Position numbers and translations under genes: made by a program. The notes under the pieces were generated by a model. That model did no database searches and was not told where the DNA came from. It saw only the letters and a program-made list of their open reading frames with translations. 17,016 nucleotides of DNA from Verrucomicrobiales bacterium (GTDB lineage Bacteria > Verrucomicrobiota > Verrucomicrobiia > Verrucomicrobiales > V1-33): contig JANOAV010000127.1 of assembly GCA_031411295.1 (NCBI GenBank), forward strand, positions 1-17,016. Reading direction: 5' to 3'. Positions 15,547 to 17,016 of this stretch are shown here, piece by piece. The number at the start of each line of letters is the position of its first letter. Position 1 is the stretch's first letter.

Positions 15547-16944
15547 ATGGCCATCCAATATAAGCCCGGCAAAGAACCCCATCCTCGTGAACACCGCTTG
15601 ATCTTCCGCAACGTAGATCGGGTGGACTGGGACACGTCCATCGACCGTGCCATCCAGGAGGGTGGTTACGAAATGCTCAAGAAAGCCGTGCAAATGGAGC
15701 CGAAGGCAATCACGGAAGAAGTGAAAAAATCTGGCCTGCGGGGTCGGGGCGGTGCGGGATTCCCCACTGGCGTGAAATGGACGTTCATCCCGCCGAACAA
15801 CACCAAGCCAGTTTACTTGATCTGCAACGCGGATGAATCCGAGCCCGGAACCTTCAAGGACCGCTACATCATCCATCAGGATCCGCACCAATTGATCGAG
15901 GGCATGGCGATTTCCTGCTATGCGGTCGGAGCGCATCTGGCTTACATTTACATCCGTGAAGAATTTCCGGAGGGAGCGAAGATCTTGGAAAAGGCCATCG
16001 CTGACGCCAAGAGCAAAGGGTTTCTGGGTAAGGGCATCTGTGGATCCAATTACGATCTGGAAATCTACGTGCACCGCGGAGCCGGAGCCTACATTTGTGG
16101 CGAGGAAACGGGGCTGATTGAAAGCCTCGAAGGCAAGCGTCCCTATCCCCGCATCAAGCCCCCTTATTTCCCGGCGGCTCTGGGCCTCTACATGTGCCCC
16201 ACCATTGTCAATAATGTGGAGAGCCTGTGTCACGTGCGCCATATCTTGGAGATGGGCGGAGAAACTTACGCCAAACTGGGCACGCCCAATAACACGGGCA
16301 CGAAACTGCTCTGTGTGAGCGGGGATGTCCAAAAGCCTGGTTACTACGAGGTGCAAGTCGGCAGCCTAACCATGGGGGAGTTGATCAACGAAGTCTGCGG
16401 TGGATTGAAGCCCGGCCGGACATTGAAGGCCATCATCCCCGGTGGCAGTTCTGCCAAGGTCCTCAGAGCGGATGAAGTTTTCAAAATCAAGCAAGCCGAT
16501 GGCAGCACGAAGGATCTGGCCTTGCTGGACATGCCGATGGATTTCGACACCATTGCCAAATGCGGTTCCATGGCTGGCAGCGGCGGCGTGATCGTCATGG
16601 ACGACAGCCGGAGCATGGCTTGGGTCCTGAATAATCTGAATGCCTTCTACGCTCACGAATCCTGCGGCCAATGCACGCCGTGTCGCGAAGGCAGCCTGTG
16701 GATGAAGAAGATCAGCGACCGCATCGTGGCGGGCGAGGCTGCGCCCGAAGACGTGGACCTTTTGGAATCCGTCGCCTATCAAATCGATGGCAAAACGATC
16801 TGTGCCTTTGGCGAAGCCAGTTCCTGGCCCACCGAAAGCTTCATCGCCAAGTTCCGTGAAGAATTCACCGCCAACACCAAGCCCGAGAACAAAGGCAAGC
16901 GCGTGGGCGCAGAAGCCCAGTTGGCCGCCGCCGGTCTGGCTTAA
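15547..16944 (+). CDS. nuoF: NADH-quinone oxidoreductase subunit F
   Basis: SGLRGRGGAGFPTG.KW, CNADESEPGTFKDR, GAGAYICGEETGLIESLEG and HESCGQCTPCREG...C motifs; probable start ATG 15547 (ORF extends to 15517). Confidence 0.97.
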   Translation: MAIQYKPGKEPHPREHRLIFRNVDRVDWDTSIDRAIQEGGYEMLKKAVQMEPKAITEEVKKSGLRGRGGAGFPTGVKWTFIPPNNTKPVYLICNADESEPGTFKDRYIIHQDPHQLIEGMAISCYAVGAHLAYIYIREEFPEGAKILEKAIADAKSKGFLGKGICGSNYDLEIYVHRGAGAYICGEETGLIESLEGKRPYPRIKPPYFPAALGLYMCPTIVNNVESLCHVRHILEMGGETYAKLGTPNNTGTKLLCVSGDVQKPGYYEVQVGSLTMGELINEVCGGLKPGRTLKAIIPGGSSAKVLRADEVFKIKQADGSTKDLALLDMPMDFDTIAKCGSMAGSGGVIVMDDSRSMAWVLNNLNAFYAHESCGQCTPCREGSLWMKKISDRIVAGEAAPEDVDLLESVAYQIDGKTICAFGEASSWPTESFIAKFREEFTANTKPENKGKRVGAEAQLAAAGLA

Positions 16945-16961
16945 CCGGGTGTCTAGCCAAG

Positions 16962-17016
16962 GTGGTCCGCACAGTCCTCTGTGCGGATTCCCCTCATGAT
17001 GCACCGCACAGAGGAC
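16962..17016. repeat. REP doublet (REPIN-like); second arm runs off the window
   Basis: GTGGTCCGCACAG-TCCT-CTGTGCGGA hairpin followed by the inverted copy CCGCACAGAGGAC... Confidence 0.7.

Overview
GC-rich bacterial DNA, probably Verrucomicrobia (inferred from the protein families, C-terminal 'FFR' domains and REP types). The right end is housekeeping-like: nuoF and a divergent MbnP-MbnH-type di-heme fusion gene. Bases ~140-13300 form an accessory array of four large secreted or surface proteins (alginate-lyase-like, choice-of-anchor Q/CSLREA, discoidin/F5-8C, NHL repeat) plus a lower-GC block (small membrane protein, HEPN-like RxxxxH protein, truncated TIR gene). The main signal is in the intergenic DNA. 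Five spacers between cargo units (A ~2454-2985, B ~6853-6926, C ~8483-8925, D ~11506-11890, E ~12749-12862) each hold a differently deleted remnant of what looks like one composite HUH element, all on the minus strand. The fragments tile in a consistent order: conserved end motif, RAYT/Y1 transposase, IS91-like transposase C-terminus, outward sigma70 promoter, IS91/ISCR-type oriIS end (AAAAAGCAAATTCCTAT). Several cargo genes are clipped at these boundaries. Also present are a group II intron RT fragment, an IS4-family end that truncates the first gene, and REP-like hairpins. All family assignments come from motif recognition by eye, not database searches.
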